Source: Trichoplax sp. H2 (Eukaryota). From it: a stretch of DNA of 33,200 nucleotides. The stretch spans positions 992,001-1,025,200 of the forward strand of contig NOWV01000012.1 of NCBI GenBank assembly GCA_003344405.1, read 5' to 3'. The notes beneath the pieces were generated by a model. That model saw nothing but the letters and a program-made list of their open reading frames with translations. It did no database searches and was not told the DNA's origin. The first letter of the stretch is position 1; each line of letters opens with the position of its first letter. Below are positions 12,373-23,803 of this stretch, piece after piece. The translations under genes were made by a program, and so were the position numbers.

Positions 12373-13984
12373 CTGAAATAGGTAATGAAACTTTATAAAG
12401 GTTGATTCCGTATTATTGCACGATATTACTGATTTTATAGCTTATATATGAAATCGTATTCTAAGAAATGCCTAGTTATAAATATGGCAGATTTTTAGTT
12501 AATAAAGCTGTCAATAAAGTATAATTACGACGCGCATGTTGATTATACGTATAAACTTATTCTCATTTTTCAGAAGGCTATCGAGTATTATTTAAAATTT
12601 TCGATACATACTAAATATAAAAAATTGATTTTGACTACTATATCATATAATTTGCGTGTAGCTAACTACGTACAGTACGGTATATCCTGTTTAAGAATAG
12701 CCAAATAGTACATGAAATTCACACAGTTGGACCAGCTGATGATTATGTGAATATCGGTTAATCTAAGGAATAGTGTTATGCGTTGGATACTGTACTAGCA
12801 TGAAATTTCGATGACGCTATTAGGTGGTTACGCCAATTTGTAAAAGTTTGTGATAAAGTATTATAAATTGGGTATGGTTTACCTCTATAAAATGAGCTAA
12901 ATTCTATCAAATAGTACAAAAAGATTATCTCTTTAATGACTGGTTTTAATCAACCCGATGAAACTTCTGGTGTTAGTATAATTCAGAGGTCTTCCTTACC
13001 CGTAATGGTTAAGTCAATGTACAATAAGTACCATTTACCAATTAAAGTCGTCAAGAAATTAACAACACTGAAATGGTTTATCTACGAAATTAAATCTAAA
13101 ATTAACTGATTATAATTAATTATTAAACTATCAAGGTACGCGTATCTACACTTTTAAAACTCTAAAGAACATAATTGGCATCGTCAGGTTGTAAATTGTG
13201 TTGCTATATTACGTTTAAATGTCATAAATATATGTATACGAATATATTGATATTGGCAAGTAATAGCACTTGTCAGATATCATTACAAATTAATTTGTAA
13301 TTCATTCATGTACACTGTACAGCAATATCAGTATAAAGTATAATGGCGCTTGTGCCTTCATTTCACAACATATAGTCTACTGTTTTATACAATATTACCA
13401 TACGATCTCGCGCAAGACTGTAAGTTATGACTAATTGACTAGTATAATAATTGGTAGAATGTCTTAATCAGTTATGATTATGTTATGTTTGCATAGTATA
13501 ATACAAGACCAATCTAAAATTAGAATCGATTATAACGAGATAATATGCTATTGTATGCTATTATAGGAGTTCCTGAGATTCAATTTGATGATTAATTATT
13601 ACCTGTTATCTCGTAGTCGACTGGTAACGTCAAATAAAGTCACATGACAATAAATCGTATACCGTATACTGTTACATATGTACGGAACTATATGGATGCC
13701 ACCGTTGTCAGGCAAAGTTTTACCGAAAATGTCCCCAAAATAATTACCGTACTTTCCTGTGTAGTTTCTAAGCCAATAACATACGATACATACTGTATCT
13801 TAAGATTTGGTTATACTGTACAGTATGTGTACATATTTACTACAGTACTATTCTTGTTAGTCTATTCAGTAGCACCAGTAGCGCAAGTGCTTACCGTTAA
13901 AACATCTTTCGTACATGTTGATGTAAAATCACTAGAATGTTATACGACCGCTAGTGAAGAGATCATCGAAAAAAGAGACAAATA

Positions 13985-15191
13985 ATGACGATAGTAAAGA
14001 AATTCTTTATGATTTTGATGATAACGCTTAATTTGATTGGATTAGGTAAATATTTCTTATATGAATGATATTTTAACTGTACTAAAAGACTGTGAAAATA
14101 AAGATAACCTTGAATAACCTGTTGAATTATCTTATTGGTATAGTAATTTTCCCTTTGCGAAACTAAAAACGCAGAATTATTGACTTGTAAAACTTATTAC
14201 TTTGTAATTTATCGTTCTGTTACTTTTATTCATAGTTTAATAAAGATATAGGAATATTAAATATCATTTGTAAAGCTTTTCAATGTATCAAATACTTTTA
14301 TATCAGATTCACTGTGATTCTTTATTATCAAAACAGATATCAAGTGATAGTTAAACAGTCAATCGTACTGCACTTGTCAGTGGCCTTGCTTTTTTAATGT
14401 TTCTTTGGTTTCACGTCGTAGGATACTGCATTAGTGATGGCTCTGAATTCGCTCATTCAACAGAAGCTAAAGCTCATGAATATCCATGGCAAATTGTTTT
14501 ATTAAAGAGAAACTATGCTGTTTGTAGCGGTGCACTGATAAATAAAATGTGGGCATTAACGACCGCGCACTGCATATCAAATATAGATCCATCAGTTATG
14601 ACAGTAACCCTAGGAGATTACAATTTGGTCAAGTCGGAAGGGACAGAACAAACTGTTGTCCCGGATAAAGTCTATGTACATCCAAACTTCAATCACTCTA
14701 CTACAGATAGTGATATAGCATTGATAAAATTTAAGGAGCCCATAACTTTTACTTTGGCAATAAAGCCGATAGCTCTACCAAGTGATGAACAGGCTCAAGT
14801 TGGAATGTACTGCATTGTTTCTGGATGGGGCAAAAGAAGCCTAGTTGCTGATGATAGACCAGACATTCTAAGGCAGGCAGTTATTCCTATAGTATCAAAT
14901 AAAGAATGTAACGAGCCTATAGCATATAAAGGTGAGATAACTAAGAGGATGTTATGCGCTGGCTATAAATATGGTGGTCCGGATGCGTGCACCGGTGACA
15001 GTGGAGGGCCGTTGTCATGTTTACGCGCTTCCCGAAAAGCGAAGCAAGAGTGGTTTTTAGCAGGTTTAGTAAGTTGGGGTTCACGATGTGGTTCTCCGTT
15101 TAAGTTTGGTGTCTATACTCGTGTTAGTTGTTTTCGAGAATGGATTAAAGATACGATAGATAATTCAGCCTTAACCGACACCCCTCTGTAA
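13985..15191 (+). CDS. Secreted trypsin-like serine protease (family S1A), 2 exons, ~276 aa
   Basis: Exon 1 13985-14045 encodes signal peptide MTIVKKFFMILMITLNLIGL (phase-1 donor gtaaat). Exon 2 14422-15191 is in frame. The catalytic triad is intact (TTAHC, DSDIAL, GDSGGP). D189 (GPDACTGDS), SWG and GVYTRV indicate trypsin-like specificity. Confidence 0.93.
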
Positions 15192-17789
15192 AAGTGTCGA
15201 AATTTCTTAAAGTAAAATTAACTTCCAATTTCAAATCGTTTTATCGTATTCACTCGAACGCATCTACATCAGGATTATAAAATTATCAAAACCGTTTTAA
15301 AAAAGTTGCTGAAATTACAGCTAAATGAAACGGTGCGTACATATCCAGCAATTTTAATTTTTAAGATCAAATTTCTCTATTTGAAGATAGGAATATATAT
15401 TATAGAATAACTCTGAAGGCTAGTCCTAAAACCCAAATGTACCCGTAAATTACGGTATTTGAGGTTATGCTGCAATTTTCCGAAGCTGCTCACTGACAAC
15501 CGAATTTCAAAGGCAGCAATAGTGAAATAATTTTTATGTTTTGCTCTGATTCTATAATATGTTTAAAACTTTTCAACAATTTGTGAAAGGAATTAAATCT
15601 ATACGGGCATTCCTCCCGGCTTATAATTATTTTAAGTGAATAAGAATATATAAGATGTAAAAACTAATGTCAATCGCTATTTTTACCGCGAATTACTGTA
15701 AATACGAATATCTCTTTAAACTCTTATTCTCCGCACTACCTCATTACACGTATTGTAAGAAGTACAAATTGTATTGATCTAAGGAATATACAAAAAGCTA
15801 TATCATAATGTTAATAAATCTGGATTTCGATCCATTGCTAATATCTTTTTCAAACATTGACAATTATACTGATCTTATTTAGTCTATGAGCATAATAATT
15901 TAAAAATCCTCTAAGAATGGTTCTGTTCTAATACAAAATAAATTCATTCTATGAATTTAAATATCATACAGGGTCTTGCTACAAGAATATTGTGATTTTA
16001 CTATTACTTAAGAACTTACGTGTATTTAGTCATTGACATAATACCGGTAACCTGTCCAGTAACCATAACGTAATTGCCTTTATACTTTGAATTTGTGATT
16101 TCTGCTGAAGTGTTTAAGTTGTACCTACATAATATATTATTTGATCCATACAAAGAGCAGGGCAATTAATTTAAAATTTACTTCGCCACAAAGACGTATT
16201 TGTAAATCAATATTACTGTGGTAGAGCGGGTAAGCAAAGCGGTCTTAATATAATGTAAACTTGATCCTCAATTTGAAGATTAGGTAGCCAGCCAAGAGCA
16301 TTGAATAACGTGAAAAAAACCTAAGAATGCCAGAGGTAGTAATTTGACTTGAGCCTTAGTAGTGACATTTACCGTACTGCTGTTAAGGTAATTTCATTTC
16401 AGAAAGAAATTTAATTATAAATGTTTCTAGGTATTCTATTAAATATTACTTGTTTGAATACTTTAGTGACAACTGTTGGGTGATTGTTAAGGATAAAGTT
16501 GCCAAGTATTGCTGTAATACGATTACATATCACGAATGGTTAGCGTTAATTAAGTTATATACGTAATTACATCACAATTTAAATTAGAGTACTAAGTCAG
16601 CGACATAATTCAATATCCGGTATGATGAGTTTGTAAGCTGTAAGTCAGTTAGCATAGCGAGAATAATCGGAGTCTAATTTAATGAAATATTGTAATAAAT
16701 TATGAGGGGCCTGCAATCGCATTATTCCTGACATTATCATAACGTCTTTGCAGGAAGATGATGCGCTAAAAATCTTCTAAATTTACGATTACTTGTGTTA
16801 CTATTGTCATTAATTCTATCATATTCTATTGGAGAAAGAAATATTGATAGCGAGATCTATAGCAATTTTTCCGATGTAAAGGTGAATTTGCAATTACCAT
16901 AACGATAAAGACGTTATAAAGTTTCTAAATTCATAAACAATAGTAGAGTATTTGTCTTGTTATCTTTATAAAGGTAATAAAGTTAACCACGAAGAAATTT
17001 GCTCTGTAATAAGCGAAAGAGTTCTTTCAAACTAGCAGAGAAAATTACACTGAAGATACGCACATTAAGGTATTATTATAAGTGACTGATATTATGAGAA
17101 TTGACCAGAGCTTGATATGACGGGATGGTAGTATCGTGCACGTAACTGATTAATTAAGGTCCAATATAAACCGAAATGGAGAGCAAATGATACAGTACAA
17201 TGTGGTAAAAGGTGAAATTACGTTCCCTACTTTAGTAGTTCATATATGCCGTTAAGAACAAGTAGAAACTACGGCACTGCGTTTAGGTATATGCAGTTAT
17301 GAGGTGCTAGTTATAATAAAAAGTTTGAATGCCTAGATCATAGTTGTCGCTCATAGTGTACCATTGAAGTCTACGACTTCCATTGGATCGAATTCTATAA
17401 CAAAACGGAATAAGCCATTTTCCTACCGGATGAGAAAACATCATTATACATACAGAATCATCGAAAAGAATAATATACGTATAAAAGTATTTATGAGTTC
17501 TGCATTAGTGTGTATTTTATCTTTACTACCACAGCATTAGAGAAGGTATAATGCTGACATTGGCATTTAATTTCTGACAGCAAGTTTTTATCTTCAGCTA
17601 TCCAAAGAAATAGCCACTGATGAAGTGTCAGGTTGGTCGATGAATCCATTCCACTTTTTTAAATGTAGCAATGACCTTATAAATGGAGTAAATCAAAGCC
17701 CAGAAATCTTGCGTTATAATTTTCTTTTATGTACTTTAAGTAAGAGTAATTCTAATTGTTAATTCTATACCGGAAAAATATAACTTGAC

Positions 17790-18430
17790 AGAATGATTTT
17801 TCTACTTTGAATTATAAAATCTGGCAATACCTTTCAAAGAATGCAAAGAATGCAAAGACTGCTATTCAAGAAAGTTTTACTTTCTGAAAGGAAAATACCG
17901 AATGATGGTTTTCAATGTTAGGACTATAAATCCACCAATACTTGCAAAGAATGCAAAGATTACTACTATTCGAGTGTATCTTCCTTTCTAAAAGGAAAAA
18001 AGTCTAATATCATCTTTCAATTTTGGACTCTAAATCTGGCAATACCTTTCAAAGAATGCAAAGATTCTACTATTCGAGTGTATCTTCCTTTCTAAAAGGA
18101 AAAAAGTCTAATATCATCTTTCAATTTTGGACTCTAAATCTGGCAATACCTTTCAAAGAATGTGAAGATTACTATTCGAGTGTATCTTCCTTTCTAAAAG
18201 GAAAAAAGTCTAATATCATCTTTCAATTTTGGACTCTAAATCTGGCAATACCTTTCAAAGAATGTGAAGATTACTATTCGAGTTTATATCTTCCTTTCTA
18301 AAAGGAAAAAAGTCTAATATCATCTTTCAATTTTGGTTTCTAAATCTGGCAATACCTTTCAAAGAATGCAAAGATTGTTAATGGAGCGGGCGCCACTTTC
18401 TAAAAGTAATAAGTGGAATAATGGTTTTCA
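17790..18430. repeat. Minisatellite, unit 102-104 bp, ~4 near-identical plus ~2 degenerate copies
   Basis: The anchor tctggcaatacctttcaaagaatg occurs at 17820, 18035, 18139, 18241 and 18345, with a diverged copy near 17930. The ORF at 18023-18301 is just the translated repeat. Confidence 0.95.
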
Positions 18431-19028
18431 TTCACTACGAAGTCAACTACAAGCTTCATTTACCTCGGTAAGATGACGCTCGAGAGATAACATCGTGTGA
18501 CATCGTGTTCCTACGATTAGTGCGATACGATCAGCCAATAGTATCACACTACTTGTGATGAATATCAACTGCGAATTAGTGAAGTGCCTGATTGAAGTCT
18601 GTGCACTTTACACTCTATTTCTGACTATCTCATACGAAAAGAACCGATCCATCGTGGGATATAGCAATATTACTGAAATGTTGAGTGGTTCATTAGTAGT
18701 GTCGATTTTAAATTAATTCCTGATAAATCATTTTAGACTTGAGAAATTTGTAAAACTTTCCATTCCCAAGGCATGACAGTTTCGTGGTAATGAATAAGGA
18801 AGCATGCTTGTTTCAGGAAAGGTTGATACTGGATAGGATGATTTGTGGTAAATGATATGACGAGACTACCAACTATTGGCTATCATGTACACATCACGTA
18901 TGTATGACGAAATCGACGCATTCACACTTTAAATGAAATATTAATTATTATTAATATCAAGAATAATATTTTTATTTTAATAGAGGCATTGCGTATAAAA
19001 TAACGTGATAGGACTTCCAAATCTGATG

Positions 19029-19484
19029 CAATTTCACTTTGATTGATGGAATAGCGTGACCATATTCAAAATTCAATATTATGAATTCCATGTACCAACG
19101 GAACAAATGCTTCCTATACTTGATCAGCTATCTTATACAAATTTGCATACAATTCGCTCAGCAAATAGTGGAAATTGCTCACTTTAGCCTCGTACTATAT
19201 AGCTATAATACATACCCATACGTTAACGTATATATGTTACGGTCGAGGTCTGGGACGAAGGCATCGTATACGCTGACTGTGATGACAACGACGATCTATA
19301 CGATGACCAAACTCAATTTCCCTTTGATTGATGGAATAGCGTGACCATATTCAAAATTCAATATTATGAATTCCATGTACCAACGGAACAAATGCTTCCT
19401 ATACTTGATCAGCTATCTTATACAAATTTGCATAGAATTCGCTCAGCAAATAGTGGAAATTGCTCACTTTAGCCTTGTACTATA
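19029..19484. repeat. Direct repeat of ~171 bp (19029-19199 and 19314-19484), offset 285 bp
   Basis: caatttc.ctttgattgatggaatagcgtgaccatattcaaaattc...cactttagcct.gtactata is present twice with only a few substitutions, separated by a 114-bp spacer. Confidence 0.95.
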
Positions 19485-20035
19485 CAATTGCAGAAAAAAA
19501 ATTTCCAGTATAAATATTCAAATTGACTAATGACTGTCGGATTTAGGTTCATAAAGAGCTAAGCTACACTATTTGACAAATTTAGACAGTTTGCAGTTTG
19601 ACTTTCAAAGTTTCTGCTACTTTATAGCCTAAGCTGGGTCCCCGGGATCCATTTATATTGAACAGAAACATGATTAAAGTTTTTGTTCTTAATGTTCTTA
19701 AGTAGCCAGAAATTGGCGGTGTAGATCTTGTAGAACAGCTTCAGAAAGTGATTTATTCAAATTTTCGATAGCTATTCTAATTACTCGACATACTGTAGAA
19801 AAGGAGTTGTGAAAGCCAATGTCAAGAGAAAGTTACTAATTCATATTTTATTACGATACACTAAAAGAAGAATTGAATGAATAATAAAATGAATGAACAA
19901 TTATATAAAATTTTTTAATATGTTGCACCGTTGTCGAATTGAAATATAAATACGGTCCGACTATTTACAAAAATGGATTGATAATATTTTAAAAATTCTC
20001 CATAAGCTGAAAAGAATATATAGTGCATAAAAGAG

Positions 20036-23000
20036 TTAATAATCTTCATGATCAATGTCTCCAGTGTACTCGCAAATATCATCGTAATCGAATTCTGCAG
20101 CTTTCTGATTTGATAGTAAATATGCAACAGCTTTGTAATTGGACTTATCCCGGCTAACAATTTTTCCAACCTATTGTAAATAATTTAGTGACTGAGTAGG
20201 AAAATTAAGGCCATCTAATTTTTCAAGTAATTATGTACCGTGCGTTACATACAAGAACATGAGTGATATTTAGTGGTGCAGAGTGTTGTAAATGTTAAAA
20301 ACACTCAGGACTAGGCGATAAAATGCTTATAACACTTACCATGCCGGCATGTTTCCCTTTCACAACGATGACATAGGCAGGATTACCTTTCGGAACAATA
20401 GTTTCTAGCATGTCTTCGGTAATATCTTACAAAAGTACAAAATAAAAGTTTAGAAATCATTTAACTCAAAAACTATTTCGTAGGCAGCTTACTTTCCAAT
20501 AAGCGGCCATCATCAGTTTCGCAAATACATGTACCAGCACGGATGACATCGATAATTTTAACCTATTCAGATAGAAAACTTTTAATTAAAAATAACACTG
20601 AGATCCGTGAAAACTTAGTAGTGCTAAAATAATACTTAAAATTTACCTTATGGTTATAATATCGACCATGTTTGTACGACTTGCTAATGAGTCGTACGCG
20701 AGTTTTAGGTCTTACCCATACATTACTGCCAGTTTCGTCATGCTTATTAGAATGATAGTGGTCTTTGCTTCCGGTGTAATTATTGCCGTGATGGGATCGA
20801 TTCTTATCTTCGCCTAACGTTGATTGTGGAGGATACTTGTTATTAATAGCAAATTCAGTCCGCAAATCAAGCGCAAAAGATAAGTGTACTCACTGGGATA
20901 GCGTTCTTCATCTCCCCGCTTTCTTTTAGAACTTTTTAAACTATCAGTACTGCTACTATTTCAAAATGAAGAGGCTTAATTATATGGAATAAGTTGTAGG
21001 CTAATTAAGGCAAGTATATATTTCATACACTTACAGCGTCTCTTCACGTCCACTGCGAGAATTGATAAACGATTGCACTTTATCAACTTTATTTAACCTC
21101 ATACAATTCTTCGTGTATTCTTTTTCGCTAACAATTTTCAAACAATTTTGACTAATAGTTGTTTTCTGCGAATGAAATAAATTATCCCCCGAGATTAAGG
21201 TTAGTGGCGTCTTATACTGTTTCAATCCTGCGAATATTAATTACCTAACCTCTTTATTAATTGCGAGCGCAACAAAAATGCGGCCATTATCGCCATCGAT
21301 ACCCTCTACCTTACCATAAAGGTCCGCATGTGGTCCAGCTACAACCATTACGTGAACTCCACGAGCAAAACCTAATGAAATTGTTGTTACCATTTTTGCT
21401 GCAAAACATACTGGAATAATATAAAGAACGAATTATTCTATCATATACTTTTATTTACCGTCTGACGTTCTTTCAGGCTCTTCATATTTTTCACCAGGTT
21501 TCCTGATCTTATCAGGCTTATTCTTATTTTTGTCATCCGATTCAACAAGACGTTCAGCTCCTAAACCCAGGCCTTTATAGCGAGGGGTGAATTCTATGGG
21601 TTTGATAACTCTGCATGCAGTAAGGGATTAGTTAAAATAATACCGTATGCCATAACAATCAAGTAATTAAATTGTGAGGCCTTGATAAAAATGAAGTATC
21701 AGTCTTTCGCAATGAACTTACTGCTTATTAGTCTTGCCAATTCCTTGACCTACTGACCAGCCCATTCCACGCAACATGGCTTGGCCAAAGTTGGATATCG
21801 GCATGTTCTCATAGTCTTCCAGTGAACTCTACAAATCATTGTAGGAAGAGTAAATAGTTTTACTGACGTTTAGTGGTATCGTCGTTGTTATTAACAAGTA
21901 ATTCCATAAATAGTTGAATAACAAGCGATGTATCAATTAATGTTGGATAAATTTATATGCTACTTACTGTTTCTGGCCTCATCGCAATATCTAGTTTTTC
22001 GGAGCTTTCTATACCTTTAACCCGTGGTGCACAGTTTTGCATTAATAGGGGGACAATATGCTCCTCTTCTGCATCATTAACCTCTACTTGACTATTTATT
22101 TCTGTAGATAAAGAGAAGATGCACTTGTATATCATTTGAAGGCAGTGTTAATTAAAACCTTTGATGTAGTGAAGTCTACAACGACATCGAAATAATAGAT
22201 TAAATTAAAAATTGAATTTAGTCTTGACCATGGCATCTTTACATGTACTGCACTATATATTGCATTAAGATTATTGGCTATTAAGAAATGAGAGTATAAA
22301 CTTTTATAATCCCTGTCGATCGCGATCCTCGCCGTTCTGCTATTGCGTATATGGTAATATCGTCTACTATTATTCCAAAAAGGGTTGTAACTGGCAATCG
22401 CTGTAGTATAATTTAACACAAGCTTTCCTTCTAGTTTATTGCTTTATCTCTATTATTTAGTCTGCAGAAAGTGTACAGAGCCGATAGTAATTGCTACAGC
22501 TAGAATTATTGCAGCCAGGAAAATAACGAAATCATTCAGATAACAACGGAAGACATAAAATGAAGAGATGCTTATAACATTTACACTGATAATAGCAACA
22601 TTACCTTGAAGAATTTCTTGGGCTGCTTCAGCATCTAGGTTAGATTTATCTTGATTAATTAGATTAGCTATGACCTTTTCATTTGGTATTACCCAGCGAT
22701 TCCTTTTGACCATGGGAATCACGGCTGGACCTTTATTTCTGTCGCTGCTTTTACTCCTAAGATACATGAAATTTAGTATTGATCTGGAATAAAATGGCGT
22801 CCCGAAAAATTGCAATCAAGGCCTAGTCTATGCAGTTGTATAACTAATTGTAACAATTTTGACAACTGAGCAAGTCTTAGTTATACGAAAATTAAAAATT
22901 ATAACTAAGCAACGGCATACGTATGCGTCCTACAGTATAATTTATTTATTTAATTTCCAGTTAATGGCTTCATGGATTGCAGTCATATATTTCTTCCCAT

Positions 23001-23604
23001 ACGAGTAAGTAAGTCTTGAATTATATCTTACAGACAGTCCTGTAATACCTTATTTATCATTGCCCAATCTAGAGTGGGTATTTGATATCTAGCTATGATT
23101 AACAGCATATCCGTACAGTATACCCCAATCACGTAGACTAAGGTGAAATCTTTCAAGATGAAGAATGACAAATAAGCAATAATAGTGATTCTGAATTGTT
23201 ACGTTTACATTATTTCTCTCCATGGCCTAACGTACGAGTTTAGCAGATAAAGCTTTATAAATATATGTCAAAAAAACATAGGAATTAATAAATAAATCAG
23301 CTTATTAGACATATAGCTGTATAGGTGAGATTGAGCTGGACTGTTCAACTTCACTAGTAGAAAGCATATTACTTCCAGTTGTGGTTGCAATTTAAGGAAA
23401 CTTCTACGTTCATTTCATGTTCATTGAAAGTGAAGAGTGCTGTAAATGAATTTACCCTTCAATAACGTTTCCTTCTAAACCAGTAATAATTTCTTTATCA
23501 TCCTCTATTTTCTCTTCTTCGTTATATTTCGATGTGTTGAGCTTTTTAGGAGCAAAATTTTTATTAAGTGTGAAAGATATCGTGGAAGTCTTCTTGTCAT
23601 CCAT
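20036..23604 (-). CDS. GPKOW: G-patch domain and KOW motifs-containing protein (Spp2/MOS2 family), 12 exons, ~488 aa
   Basis: Exons 23604-23456, 22756-22605, 22101-21968, 21828-21722, 21610-21459, 21371-21250, 21165-21035, 20955-20894, 20813-20647, 20562-20493, 20425-20340, 20170-20036; 1467 nt in frame. G-patch DYENMPISNFGQAMLRGMGWSVGQGIGK...PRYKGLGLGA. KOW motifs VMVVAGPHADLYGKV and VIVVKGKHAGMVGKI. Also WVRPKTRVRLISK, LETIVPK and C-terminal DYDDICEY. Confidence 0.96.
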
Positions 23605-23683
23605 TTTCCTAGCAAAGCAGCTCGTTATAGCGATCACCGACCGACAGACCAGAGGACTTTAAATTTAAATTTGTTTAGCGCTG

Positions 23684-23803
23684 CTGTACAGTGTACAGTA
23701 CTTCAGCACTCTGCTAGGGATACCAATTACTATAGACTATTACAGTACAGTATACTGTACAGTACTGTACAAAGTGTCTAATAAGGGGCTTACTGTACTG
23801 TAT
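23684..23803. promoter_or_regulatory. Cluster of TACTG/CAGTA repeats and palindromes upstream of GPKOW
   Basis: Perfect palindromes gtacagtatactgtac (23745-23760) and gtacagtactgtac (23757-23770), plus ctgtacagtgtacagtac (23684) and tactgtactgta (23792), 80-200 bp upstream of the ATG. Regulatory function is inferred from position only. Confidence 0.5.

Noticed and set aside
13644..13985. 113-aa ORF ending at the protease ATG
   Set aside because: Spans the motif-rich promoter region with no recognisable domain; probably chance, though a uORF cannot be excluded.
16218..16270. gtggtagagcgggtaag, resembling a tRNA/SINE A-box
   Set aside because: No matching B-box, acceptor stem or second copy in the window.
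16421..16538. MFLGILL...VG-TGA-LLRIK as a possible selenoprotein exon
   Set aside because: No redox motif context, no SECIS seen, and the next candidate exon stops at once.
18023..18301. 92-aa repetitive ORF / CRISPR-like periodicity
   Set aside because: Translation of the minisatellite; units are contiguous with no unique spacers and there are no cas genes.
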